The notes beneath the pieces are model-generated. The model was not told where the DNA came from and searched no databases. It saw nothing but the letters and a program-made list of their open reading frames with translations. A stretch of 63,990 nt of DNA, the filler included, from Octopus bimaculoides (lineage: Eukaryota): NCBI RefSeq assembly GCF_001194135.2. It is 7 parts of 7 records of this genome, joined end to end, with 100 filler letters (N's around TTAATTAATTAA, not from the genome) between each part and the next. Parts side by side here need not be neighbours in the genome. Positions count along the whole stretch, not along the records: positions 1 to 28,573 come from NC_069007.1; positions 28,674 to 40,707 come from NC_068993.1; 5 more parts are not named here. One strand, given 5' to 3'. This document shows, one piece after another, positions 25,367 to 37,790 of this stretch. A program made the position numbers and the translations under genes. The first letter of the stretch is position 1, and each line of letters begins with the position of its first letter.

Positions 25367-28307
25367 CTAAAGAGAGAGAGAGAGATTTGTCATCGCTTCT
25401 TGTAACCTGACATAAATCTAAGACAGCATTTTTCACTTGATTAATCTCGTTAATACTCTTCAATAATTTACAAACTTGTGTTCAATGAAGTAGCTAAGCC
25501 CGACGACTTCCAAGTTTGTAGGCATCTATGTAGTTTAGAGGTGAATAACCGATGACATTCAGCATCCAAATATATTCCACAAGGAAAGACATTGTTTTGG
25601 CCAGAGGTAGTCTGGTTTGTCCTGGTGAAAGCCATTTGAGGTTAAATTAACAATCTTTATTGACAGCACTTGCAATTCAAGCCAAGATGAGCGGTCGAAG
25701 AATCTTCCATATGGTCTCAGCATGAAATAACAGTCAAATATCTCTACTATTTTAAAGAAGAACAAAATACATTGTGTTCAGTAGTCCTAGATACACTATG
25801 CAGGTGCAAAACTGGCTGTTATCAGAATATTGGGGTTAACTACATCTTTGAGTGTTTTGGGGGTTAATAAGATACCAGTCAGATACTGGTGTCGATTTTG
25901 CTCTTTTCTGTATTCTGCTTGAATCAGTTACATTGCAATATGAAGTTTTTAGTGAGGGTGTGTGTGTGTGTGGCAGGGGGGGTACTCAGAAATGGAGTTG
26001 GGTTGAGCAAGGGGCTAGCAAATCCCTTTTCTTATATAAATCGATATTTTACAGGAACAATACAAGGACAGCTTAATGTGTATTATATTCCAGAGAGGAA
26101 CTAAAGTAAAAGGAAGAGATGCACAATAGCCAGAAAAGACTGGAAGGTCATAACTAGGTTGTCTTTGATCGTAGGTCTGTTCATTCAAGATCTCCTCAGG
26201 TTAAACCTCAAACACCATGGCCCACTTTTGTGCTCAGTCTTTTCTTGTCCACCACCTCACATAATGGATTATCTTCTCAACTTGCAAAATATGAAAAAAC
26301 TAACTCATTCACAGATTCAAACACAATTTTTGCACAAGATGGTTTCACCAGTTACTCTAATGGTTTGCTTTTCATATCTCTTCATCAGTGTTATAAGCCA
26401 AAATTCTGTTTTATCCCATCTTTACTCTAACTCACAGTAAGTTTCACATCACTGGTCAGACTGAACAAGTTGCAATTTACAGATTAAAGTAATTTACACC
26501 TGTCTTTATACTCATTAATCGCCATTTACCTGTTTGATTACCTAAGACTGCTTCTTCTATGAAATGAATATCCTATTTTAAAATTATGTAAATTATAACA
26601 TTTCATAAAAATTTCATGTTATAATTTATCTTCCAAACACCAGCTTAATGAAGGTTTTGAATTTTGTTACAAGGCTAGCAATTTCAGTGGATGGGGTAAG
26701 CCAATTAAATTGACCCCAATGTTCAACTGGTATTTATTTTATTGATCCCAAAAGAATGAAAAATAAAGTCGACCTCAACAGCATTTGAAATCAGAACCTA
26801 AAATCGGAAGAAATGCTGCTAAACATTTTTCCCCAATGCGGTTATATTTCTACCTGCTCACTGCCTTGAACACCATCTTAATAATGAATTATTTTACTAA
26901 ATTCTTCACTATTTTCGAAATCAACTTCCACCTATCTTTTCTACCCACCATTCCTGGGAAAGTCATGGGTGGAGAGCCCTCAGGCACCTCCTCCATTGGG
27001 ACCTATTACAAGCAATAGTCCTTACACATTCTGGCTGGATTCCCAAGTGTGACCAACAAAATCCATAGATATTATCCAACCAACTCGTTTTTGGTCTACC
27101 CCTTGATCTCCTGTCATTTGGTGCATCTTAAAGAATCTATCTTGCAATTCAAAATTAACTTAGTCTTTGAAAAGAAATATGGTATCAAAAGAGTTGATGT
27201 ATTTTCTCCCTAAATCACCTGCTTTTACAATTCATAACCTTCCAAATTTTCATTCTGGACTTTGACTTAGTGTAATATGTGTTCATATACATGCCAGCCT
27301 CCAGTTCTGTAGTTCTGAGTTCCATAGATTACAGACTAAACTTTTCTTCTTCACGTCTTAATATTAACTTCATCAAAGCAATCAATTCTTCTCATCTTCA
27401 ATCCCTGTTAAGTTTTATCATTCATCTTTGTTATTGTCAATATTTTCATTATTGTGATAATGAAATATTTAATTAGAAGCATTGTTTGTATGGAGTGTCA
27501 ATTTACAGTGATAAACGAGCTTTAATGCTCCAACTTCATTAATTATTTGATTAACCTCTTGTCATTAATTATCTTACAATTCCATATAAAGGCGGGAGGG
27601 GATGAAAGCTTTTAGTGTAAACATCAAATAAATATGTAACAATGAAGAAATACATAATAAGAATGACATGTGACAGAGAGGGCAGGGGAGATGTGTCACA
27701 GTGGCATGTCACAGCAATGTGCCACAGCAATGTGTCACTGTGAACGGATGTTTCAACATGATGAGATATATCAGAGTAGATTCTGTCAAAGGCTCAGGTG
27801 GTTGTATTAAACCAGGAAATGGATGAAGTCTGTGCTCGATCAGGGTTGACCTGGGGTTAAATAGCCATATGGCTGTTCTTTGAGACACAACAAGAACAAC
27901 AGATAAAGGTTGAAAGGCGGGGAAGAAGTCATTTTTTTTCAGAATCCTTTTAAAGAAGATGACATTCCAGCTATTTGAGCAAGAAAATGATTCAAAAAAT
28001 TTTGGAAATAAAGGAGTTACTAAAACATCTTGGTCATTACTAAGCTGGTAACGGGGACCTAAATTAACATGGAATTTTAAAAGGAAATTTTAATTTAGAT
28101 CATTTTATAAAGAAAGTTTGTATCATAGGTACGGGGGTGGTCTTTGTATCATAGGTAGGTGGGTATCAAAAGAAGAAAATATCTCCTTGTTTTAACATAA
28201 AAGTTTATTTTTTTCTTGGCAGTTTCTAGTAATAACCTAGTCTTCCATACACACAGACAGACACACACACATCCAACCATCCATCTATCTATCTGTCTTA
28301 TTTTGAT

Positions 28308-28436
28308 TGAGTCAACCTCTTGTTCCTCTGAGTTTCATCTACAGATACACAGGATCTTCAAGCAAGTTATGAATCAACTTGCCTGAAGATCCTGTACACC
28401 CACAGCTGAAACTCAGTGTTCCAAGAGACTGACTCA
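28308..28436 (-). ncRNA. Candidate structured RNA hairpin (pri-miRNA-like or hpRNA)
   Basis: 28308-28368 pairs with 28436-28376 without gaps around a 7-nt loop. There are 47 of 61 Watson-Crick pairs plus 9 mismatches that are all G·U on the minus strand, giving 56 of 61 paired. The top 30 bp are uninterrupted. Confidence 0.45.
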
Positions 28437-28498
28437 TCCGAAATAAAAACATTAATCACCTCTACTACTCTTTTTTTTTGTTTCCAACAGTTAACACT

Positions 28499-28533
<35 letters not shown>

Positions 28534-28573
28534 GAGAGAGGTTATGCTTAAAATTAAAGTTTAGATAATCTTC

Positions 28574-28673
28574 NNNNNNNNNNNNNNNNNNNNNNNNNNN
28601 NNNNNNNNNNNNNNNNNTTAATTAATTAANNNNNNNNNNNNNNNNNNNNNNNNNNNNNNNNNNNNNNNNNNNN
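28574..28673. other. Artificial scaffold spacer N44-TTAATTAATTAA-N44; the other 12-mers are at 40752, 50411, 58953, 61533 and 62791
   Basis: The same 12-mer, which has stops in all six frames, is centred in 100-bp N blocks six times. Confidence 0.95.
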
Positions 28674-28674
28674 A

Positions 28675-28800
28675 CGTCCGTATTTTTCCGCATATTTAGG
28701 AAACAAAAATTCTTTAAAAAAAATTTTACAAAGATTTTTGGAAATTTTTTTCAGAATCATAGTCTCCGTATTTTTCCGCATATTTTGAAAAAAAAAAATC
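28675..28800. repeat. Degenerate tandem repeat with a period of about 88 bp
   Basis: ccgtatttttccgcatatt recurs at 28678 and 28766, with A/T-run spacers. Confidence 0.5.
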
Positions 28801-31072
28801 TGAAAAAGTTTAAAATGGGGGTGGGAGTGGTAATTTAGAAATGTCGATATTTGCCAATTTTTTTTGGCAGATTCGTATTCCCCGTAGCCGAAAAGGGGCG
28901 GGGTTTCGAAAAAAAATAATTTGTAAAAAGGGTGGTTTGTGGGGAGTGGGGGCGGAAGTCTTGCACAAATGGTTCCTAGTTCAGTCCCGCTGCATGATAT
29001 CATGGGCTGACCAAAGCCTTGTGAATGAATTTGGTAGACGAAAACTGAAAGAAGCCCGTCGTATATATACATATATACTTTATAATCTCCTAATGTGCAG
29101 CATGGCGTGAAAAGCGGTCAGCGCTATAATGGTATGACAATAGGTGGAGACCGAAAAAATTCACAGTGGATCCGCAGTGGCATTTATGAGGCTCATAGAC
29201 CTGGATGTCGTGGTTGTCTGCCCCACTCATAGAAACAGTACGGATGAAACCTTTAGATGGTCTCTCAACCTGCAAGACAAAATGTGGTGAAATCTTTCTC
29301 ACACTATCCCATAACGTCTAAAAAGCAAAAGGGAAGACTCAGATCTGGAGGCCAAGCAGCAGGGCAACACTAATGAGCATGGATTGAGAATTCGATTGGC
29401 AACTTCTTTCTTCACGCATTAGTAAATTCCTGTATTTGTTTGTTATGTGCTTGCGCGCACGCATGCCTATTTGCATGTATGTTTCTTTGTTATCGATGAC
29501 TTTTTTGTCTAAATCTTTCAGTGTCTGTAATGCACTTTCTATGTGAGTGTGTGTGCCTGTCTGTGTATGCTAGGAATTTCTTATATTTGTCCTAAAGAGT
29601 TGTATGAATGTGTGTAGGTACAAGTTACGTATTTTATGTGTAGTTCTGCGTGTTGTCATCGTTTCTTTGTAATTAGTAGCGGCAACAACATTTTGCAACG
29701 TTTTGGTGAATAAAACAAAGTATGGTCCAAGTGAATGGGCTTACTCTGAGTATGCGCCTCGAGAGTGGAGGAGAACTGCTAGGATGAAGGCGCTTGCCTT
29801 ACTGGTCAGGATATCTGGGTATTTTTCTCTTTTTTTTTGGTAGGTTTCTATGAATACACCTCGGAGGTCTCTGTTTGGAAAACTTTTCTTTGAGTTTGTT
29901 TTTGTTTTTATTGTTTCTCTTGATTTTACGTTCTTTTATATCGAATTTCACTATCCTCTATCTTTTTATTATCGCTTGTGGTTAAGAAACAAAACATTAT
30001 CATCATCATTATTATTATTATTATTTCTTTATTAAGGCCTCGTGAGATACAATGATATACAATGAGAATCGCAAAAAAGGGGCTGGCACAAATGCGTTTG
30101 AGATAAACGCAAAAAGTTATATAAAAGATGAAGGGACTGGTGAACGATTCATACAATTATAATGAGAACAAAGTTAAAAAATTATAAAAAATGTTATTCG
30201 GAATAAATGAAAAGATTCAATAACATACACTCATTAAAAACAAAATTAACCAAATTCAATTTTAAAAATTGCAACCATCATTACATAGTTAAGAAACCTC
30301 CACTTGTATTCATCAGGGAACTCCTAAAGAACATCTATTTTCTTCTTGTTCATAGCTGGAGTTTCCAAAATCTTCCACTGATAAACGATTTACAGTGGTC
30401 AATGGAGAGCATATATCATATATATAGTTGACATGTGTTACAAGGCGACATGCAACACATCGTAATGTTTGTCTGAAATGTGTACTAATCTGTCCTTTTG
30501 TTTTTCCCGATTGTTTTTGTTTTGTCTTTTACTTTCATCACATTTATATTTCTCTGCACCCAAAATAAGTGTTTGGCCGGAAGTATGACTAAATATGTCA
30601 GTCTGTGTTTTGGTTGTATTCCTGATCATGAAATATGTAGCAGACAATCTGTTAAGTTTTCGTTCAATTGAAGGAATATATATCATTGAGTGCTCCTTCC
30701 AGTTACTGTAATCGTGAGGAGTGGTAGCGCTCCACCATCCTTCCCCAAGTATAGATATGCTATTTCTTTATTTGTCCTCATTTGGGTTGGATCTAGGGAC
30801 AAAAGGAAATTGTTTACTTTTACAAAATTCTTCCAGCTCTCTCTTTCTTTTTTTGTTCCTGTGATTTTGTCAAATCTAAACGCTCCGTCAGTAACGACAG
30901 ACGAACAAAATAGATCAATTAACACTACTACATCATCCATTATCTGTCAGAATTGTCTCTGTTGTACAAATGTAAAGACAGACGAACTGTTGTTCGCCCG
31001 GCGTGCCAACAATTCTGCCATAATAATAATGATAATAATAATAATGATAATAATAATAATAATAATAATAAT

Positions 31073-31275
31073 CCTTTCTACTGGAGGCACAAGGCTCCAA
31101 ATTGGTGGGGTGGGGACTAGTCGATTACATAGATTCTAGTGTTTCACTGGTACTTAATTTATCGACTCCTAAAGAATGAAAGGCAACGTCGACCTCGGCG
31201 GGATTTGAACCCAGAATGTAAAGACAGACGAAATGCCGCCAAGCAATTCACTCGGCGTGCTAACGATTCTGCCAT
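31073..31275 (-). mobile_element. SINE family C (C2 tail) next to an (AAT)n tract
   Basis: atcctttctactggaggcacaaggc...gaatgaaaggcaacgtcgacctcggcgggatttgaac...gctaacgattctgcc. Confidence 0.75.
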
Positions 31276-31949
31276 AATAATAATCATAATAACTCATTTA
31301 CATTGACTCCGGTACTCAATTAGCTCTTATTTTATTGACCACGACAGAATGACACGCAAAACCGACCTTAGCGGGCTAACGAGTCTTGTCAGTTTGCCGT
31401 TTTTATTTGTCACATGAACAGCAGAAGAGGTAACTGTAAACTACTAATCACCAAAATCGATGGCAAGAGGAAAATCTACCAAAAAACAGTTGCAATATAC
31501 ATAAGATCAATTACGAAAAAAAAAAATAATAATAATAAATGTTAAACAAAACCATCCAAAAATAATCGAAGAAAGACCATATCCGGAACAACTATCTCCC
31601 TTCCTCATGACTGAACTTCCGCAACTAGAAATCGTTGCTGTAGTGTGATCCAGTGTTTTATTCCCCTTGACACTATTTGCACCAACGTTTCATTTAGAAA
31701 CAGCAGTGAATAATGCTCTTTTAAAAAGACGGTGACTGCTTTGACTCTCGGTGAGCAGTGGCAAAGAAAAGCATGTTAATTTAAAATCTTCATATGCATA
31801 AAATTGTATTCGAAACTTGATGCAGGTTGAAAACGAATCATATTTGAAAACAACGTCATAGAATATTAAACATATGTCCACTTGGTTCAAAAAGGGCAAT
31901 CCTTCACATAGAGATGGTGGATTCCTCACTAACAAAGAGAAAAACATAA

Positions 31950-31951
31950 TG

Positions 31952-31997
<46 letters not shown>

Positions 31998-33025
31998 TTT
32001 CTTTTATTGGCCACAAGGGCCCAAGCATGGCGGACAAATTCGCAGTACGGGTTACAGCACACAAAGCAAAACAAAAACAAAAAATACAAAACCAAATACA
32101 ATCGGCAGACAGCTGAATTCGTCTTACACGCTGCAACAGCAGCTCCACATAATCTCACAACTCTCTAATGCACGGACACTGAATTATTGCATATAGGATG
32201 GTATCGTCCTCTCGCAAGCATCTCGGGCAGGTTCGGCTGTTGGCTCTTCCATGCACGAAGAGCTTGTCTCGAAGAGGCAACGTACCCCTGTAGCATAGCC
32301 ATGCAAGAGACTTTTGAAAATTGCCCATGATCTTCGACCCGAAGGTCCTCTGGAAGAGACTACTCAGATTGTTCTCGTCGAAGTCGAGATTCAATCCTAG
32401 GCCATCAACACTAATACCCTCAACTAGTCCCCTATAGAAATCTTGGGTTGTTTTCCCGCTAACAGTTTTGTGCAACTGATACAATGCAGTGAGCGCCTGG
32501 CAACATTCTAGTTGCCAAATGCCCAACCTTGGTCTACGTTTGACCCATGACTGCATCTCTGTCATGAGATGAACTGCAGAAAGGACACCACACCTTATTT
32601 TCGTCGCCGTCGTTCACACCATCGCAGTGATTTAGATATATTTGTAGGTGCGGCAGCCTCAAAGCGTGACGCTGCATCATCAAGGATGACATTCCAAGAC
32701 CGCCACGATGTGGGTGCTTAGAGCATATGGATTTTCTGACCAGCGGAACCCGACCCTTCCATAAGAATCAGAAAAGCAAGTACTCCAATCTGGTCAGAGT
32801 TTTCTTAGGACAAAGTACGACGGTAAGACGGTAGTACACTACCGAAGCATTCACAATTTCCGCCCGGCCTTTCAGAGACAGCTTTCTTTCGGCCCATTTC
32901 TGAGTGAGATTGGCCACCCTAGTCATGACTTGTTCCCAGTTCCTATCTACCTGGAGATCTAGTCCGAACCAGACTCCGAGCACTTTCACCAGACCGTCCG
33001 TCCAGCGACAGAAATCGCCGCTAAT
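31950..33025 (-). mobile_element. 5'-truncated Tx1/L1-clade LINE: end of RT, zf-RVT region, 3' UTR and (ATT)n tail
   Basis: VKVLGVWFG...NWEQVMTRV..LTQKWAERKLSLKGRAEIVN...FLWKGRVPLVRKSIC..HPHRGGLG, then KSLAWLCYRGTLPLRDKL...TCPRCLREDDTILYAIIQCP. A T-rich 3' UTR ends in gtggccaataaaagaaatc followed by (ATT)n. Confidence 0.88.
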
Positions 33026-34989
33026 GAAAATGATGATGATGATGATTATAATGATGATGACGATAGTAATAACAATCTATTTGCCACAAGGGCAACAAAC
33101 TATGAGATATTACTTGGAAAAATTACCACAACTTGGGAATTTCTGAAAGATCAACTACCGAACATGATACAGGTGTGGAAAACTATAGCCTACAACATGA
33201 ACGGAAAGCATTGTCCGAAAAAATAGTAAAACCACCTAGGATCAATTGCCCAGGATACTGTTTAGTTGATCTTTATCAATGCTCAGAATCTTCCTGAGAA
33301 GGTCGTCCTTTTACTCATCACTCCTCTAGAATGCTAGAGCAGATGTATCAATGACTGCATTGCACAACTCTCTCACACATGTCAATATTCCAGAAGAGAG
33401 GCAACTAATCTAAATTTCCACTTGAACCAGAGTTATAGCTCCATCAAAGAGATGGCCTGTGGAAAGTCATGTCTATGAAAAGACTACCGCACACGCTCAC
33501 CATTTAGAAATGTCTGCAGATACAGCAACCTGAGTTAATGTCAGCTCATCATCAGTCATTGTTTTACAACATTCTCTATGCAGTGGATGTCTGAAGGAGA
33601 TGAACTTTATGATCAAAGATCTTCTCCCTTCCACAACAAGCGAATAGGGTAAGAAATCGGGGACAAATCATGACACATATACATGTCACACTCACCAAGA
33701 AGATACATACAAACTATAGGGACATTTTAAATGAAGAAGAACGCATTATTAATGTAATATCTAGACGCAGCATATCTTGAAGATAGAAAGAATAATCAAG
33801 ATTAGATTGCCTTTAATCATATATCCGCTAGATCAGTCTTGAACTGTGATTAAACTACAGCAATAACGAAGATCAATGACTATTCAAAATCAAAGTATTG
33901 AAGTGGTCTCTTCCCTTGCCGGAGATAACTACGAGATCTCCTTCGAATCACAACTAAAAGCTCAAATAACAAAGGGGAGGAATTATATANNNNNNNNNNN
34001 NNNNNNNNNNNNNNNNNNNNNNNNNNNNNNNNNNNNNNNNNNNNNNNNNNNNNNNNNNNNNNNNNNNNNNNNNNNNNNNNNNNNNNNNNNNNNNNNNNNN
34101 NNNNNNNNNNNNNNNNNNNNNNNNNNNNNNNNNNNNNNNNNNNNNNNNNNNNNNNNNNNNNNNNNNNNNNNNNNNNNNNNNNNNNNNNNNNNNNNNNNNN
34201 NNNNNNNNNNNNNNNNNNNNNNNNNNNNNNNNNNNNNNNNNNNNNNNNNNNNNNNNNNNNNNNNNNNNNNNNNNNNNNNNNNNNNNNNNNNNNNNNNNNN
34301 NNNNNNNNNNNNNNNNNNNNNNNNNNNNNNNNNNNNNNNNNNNNNNNNNNNNNNNNNNNNNNNNNNNNNNNNNNNNNNNNNNNNNNNNNNNNNNNNNNNN
34401 NNNNNNNNNNNNNNNNNNNNNNNNNNNNNNNNNNNNNNNNNNNNNNNNNNNNNNNNNNNNNNNNNNNNNNNNNNNNNNNNNNNNNNNNNNNNNNNNNNNN
34501 NNNNNNNNNNNNNNNNNNNNNNNNNNNNNNNNNNNNNNNNNNNNNNNNNNNNNNNNNNNNNNNNNNNNNNNNNNNNNNNNNNNNNNNNNNNNNNNNNNNN
34601 NNNNNNNNNNNNNNNNNNNNNNNNNNNNNNNNNNNNNNNNNNNNNNNNNNNNNNNNNNNNNNNNNNNNNNNNNNNNNNNNNNNNNNNNNNNNNNNNNNNN
34701 NNNNNNNNNNNNNNNNNNNNNNNNNNNNNNNNNNNNNNNNNNNNNNNNNNNNNNNNNNNNNNNNNNNNNNNNNNNNNNNNNNNNNNNNNNNNNNNNNNNN
34801 NNNNNNNNNNNNNNNNNNNNNNNNNNNNNNNNNNNNNNNNNNNNNNNNNNNNNNNNNNNNNNNNNNNNNNNNNNNNNNNNNNNNNNNNNNNNNNNNNNNN
34901 NNNNNNNNNNNNNNNNNNNNNNNNNNNNNNNNNNNNNNNNNNNNNNNNNNCAAGCATATATACACACATCCATATATATATACATACAT

Positions 34990-35154
34990 ATGACGGGCTT
35001 CTTTCAGTTTCCGTCTATCAAATCCACTCACAAGGCTTTGGTCGGCCCGAGGCTATAGTAGAAGACACTTACCAAAGGTGCCACGCAATGGGACTGAACC
35101 CGGAACCATGCGGTTCGTAAGCAAGCTACTTGCCACACAGCCACTCCTGCGCCT
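34990..35154 (-). mobile_element. SINE family B, 5' part
   Basis: gacgggcttctttcagtttccg...gccacacagccactcctgcgcct. Confidence 0.88.
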
Positions 35155-35703
35155 ACGTGTGTGTGTGTGTATATATATATATACATATATATATATACAT
35201 ATATAGACACACCTGAAAAGTCGGAAAAGGAGATTTCTCATCATACAGTTAGTTTGCTTCAGCAGGATTGTTTGCTGCTGTTGTTAAATTAACGACAACA
35301 GCAACAGATAAGGGAAGCAATATGTCACCAGAATAAATAGTTTTTCTTACCTGATAGAGATCTTTTATAAATAGTTTTCTGATTCCACAGAACGTCTGCT
35401 TCAAATCCTATGTCTTTAGGTAAATAGGACAGTTTAACACAAGCTGGAAAGAAGAGAAACAATATCTTTTGCAACTGGTGTACATAAACATAGGTCTCTT
35501 CAATGAGATTAACTGATAAATACTTTCAATTCATACATTTATATTCCACACTCCATGACAGCAACACACACGCACGCGAGCGCGCGCACATACATACATG
35601 CATGCATACATACATACATACATACATACATACATGCATGCATGCATACATGCATACATACACACACACATACATACATGCATACACATATACATATATA
35701 CAC

Positions 35704-35748
<45 letters not shown>

Positions 35749-36359
35749 NNNNNNNNNNNNNNNNNNNNNNNNNNNNNNNNNNNNNNNNNNNNNNNNNNNN
35801 NNNNNNNNNNNNNNNNNNNNNNNNNNNNNNNNNNNNNNNNNNNNNNNNNNNNNNNNNNNNNNNNNNNNNNNNNNNNNNNNNNNNNNNNNNNNNNNNNNNN
35901 NNNNNNNNNNNNNNNNNNNNNNNNNNNNNNNNNNNNNNNNNNNNNNNNNNNNNNNNNNNNNNNNNNNNNNNNNNNNNNNNNNNNNNNNNNNNNNNNNNNN
36001 NNNNNNNNNNNNNNNNNNNNNNNNNNNNNNNNNNNNNNNNNNNNNNNNNNNNNNNNNNNNNNNNNNNNNNNNNNNNNNNNNNNNNNNNNNNNNNNNNNNN
36101 NNNNNNNNNNNNNNNNNNNNNNNNNNNNNNNNNNNNNNNNNNNNNNNNNNNNNNNNNNNNNNNNNNNNNNNNNNNNNNNNNNNNNNNNNNNNNNNNNNNN
36201 NNNNNNNNNNNNNNNNNNNNNNNNNNNNNNNNNNNNNNNNNNNNNNNNNNNNNNNNNNNNNNNNNNNNNNNNNNNNNNNNNNNNNNNNNNNNNNNNNNNN
36301 NNNNNNNNNNNNNNNNNNNNNNNNNNNNNNNNNNNNNNNNNNNNNNNNNNNNNNNNNNN

Positions 36360-36417
<58 letters not shown>

Positions 36418-37127
36418 TCAAAAATGAATGAGAAGCAGGTTGAGTGTTGCTTCTCATTCATATTTGAATTTTTTCTGTGGTATTGAAACATTGAGACATA
36501 CCAGCTGATGGTTCTTTCACCATTTTGCATATAGTCGTAGAAAACGATTTAGCTTGCATCTGGCCTCGTTTCGGGTATGTGGTATTGATAAGTCACAAAG
36601 ATGACAAAATATTGTCTATCTCTCCTGCAACGGGGCTTGATGTGAATTGTCCCACTTGCCTATTACGTCCAGAAGTTTTAACACCAGAAGAATTCATGAG
36701 AATACATTCCCTTACGCTTACAATCGCAACATGCTTACAACCCCTTGACATGCATCGCTTTCGATAATGTTATTGTTGTTGTTGTTATTACTCCTGCCTC
36801 AGCTGCTACCCTCACCACTTGTTTTGTACTCATTTCTCAAGAGGATTGAGAGAAAGAAGAAAGAAGTCTCCTGCTGTTAGAGGGATAGAGAAAGGAAGAG
36901 TTCTTTTTTAATGCTTTTAACTTGGGTGCTGAGGGCGCCACTATCTTGTGCGCTAACCGAGCATTTCTTTGGTGGGGTGGCGAAATATTGCCGCTTAAGG
37001 GTCAAAACACGCACAGTCACCAACCAAAAGATTCCTAGTACTCTTAATGATAAGTTATAACAAACAGCAATTATATTTGAGACTCACGTAGCGTGCTGGA
37101 AAGTACATCCGTACTATTCTGCAGCGA

Positions 37128-37751
37128 ATAGTAGTAGTAGTAGTAGTAGTAGTAATCCTTTCTATCATAGGCACAAGACTTGAATTTATTGGAGGAGGGG
37201 ATAGTCAATTACATCAATCCCAGTGCCTAACTGGTACTTATTCCATCGACCCCGAAAGGATGAAAGGCAAAGTCGACCTCGGCAGAATTTGAACTCAGAA
37301 CGTAAGGGCGGACGAAATACTGCTAAGCATTTCGTCCAGCGTGCTAACGATTCTACCAGCTCACCGCCTTAATAATAATCCTTTCTAGTATAGGTACAAG
37401 GGCTCAAATTTTGGAGGAGAGGACTAGTCGATTATATCGACACCAGTGCATAACTGGTACTTATTTCATCGACTCCAAAAGGATGAAAGGCAAAGTTGGA
37501 ATTTGGGATCTTTGGGGTTTGACGGGCAACATTTTTTTTGTAGTGTTTTTGGTACCGAAACACTTTCAAGAGAAGAAGTTGTTTTATATGACACATTCTA
37601 CCAGTGTCCCAAGTTTGAAAGTGTTTCGTTAAGAAAACAAATGTTACTCGTCAAACCCCAAAGATCCGGAATTTGACCTCAGACGTAGCGGCAGGCGAAA
37701 TACCGCTGAGCATTTCGTCCAGTGCAGTAACGATTCTGCCTGCTCGCCGTC

Positions 37752-37790
<39 letters not shown>

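Noticed and set aside
28383-28416. Hammerhead-like CTGAAGA...GAAAC in the 3' arm of the hairpin
   Set aside because: The stem II closing pairs are T:T and C:C instead of the required R-Y pair, stem I does not form next to the core, and the core would be sequestered by the long hairpin.
33100-33990. Broken + strand frames, including a possible two-exon WMSEGDELYDQRSSPFHNKRIG-DILNEEERIINVISRRSIS
   Set aside because: There are competing splice signals on both strands, many stops and no homology I can name. It may be the body of another decayed retroelement.
35272-35304. Short palindrome tgctgctgttgttaa-a-ttaacgacaacagca
   Set aside because: It is built from (GTT)/(AAC)-type simple repeats, is only about 15 bp per arm and has essentially no loop.
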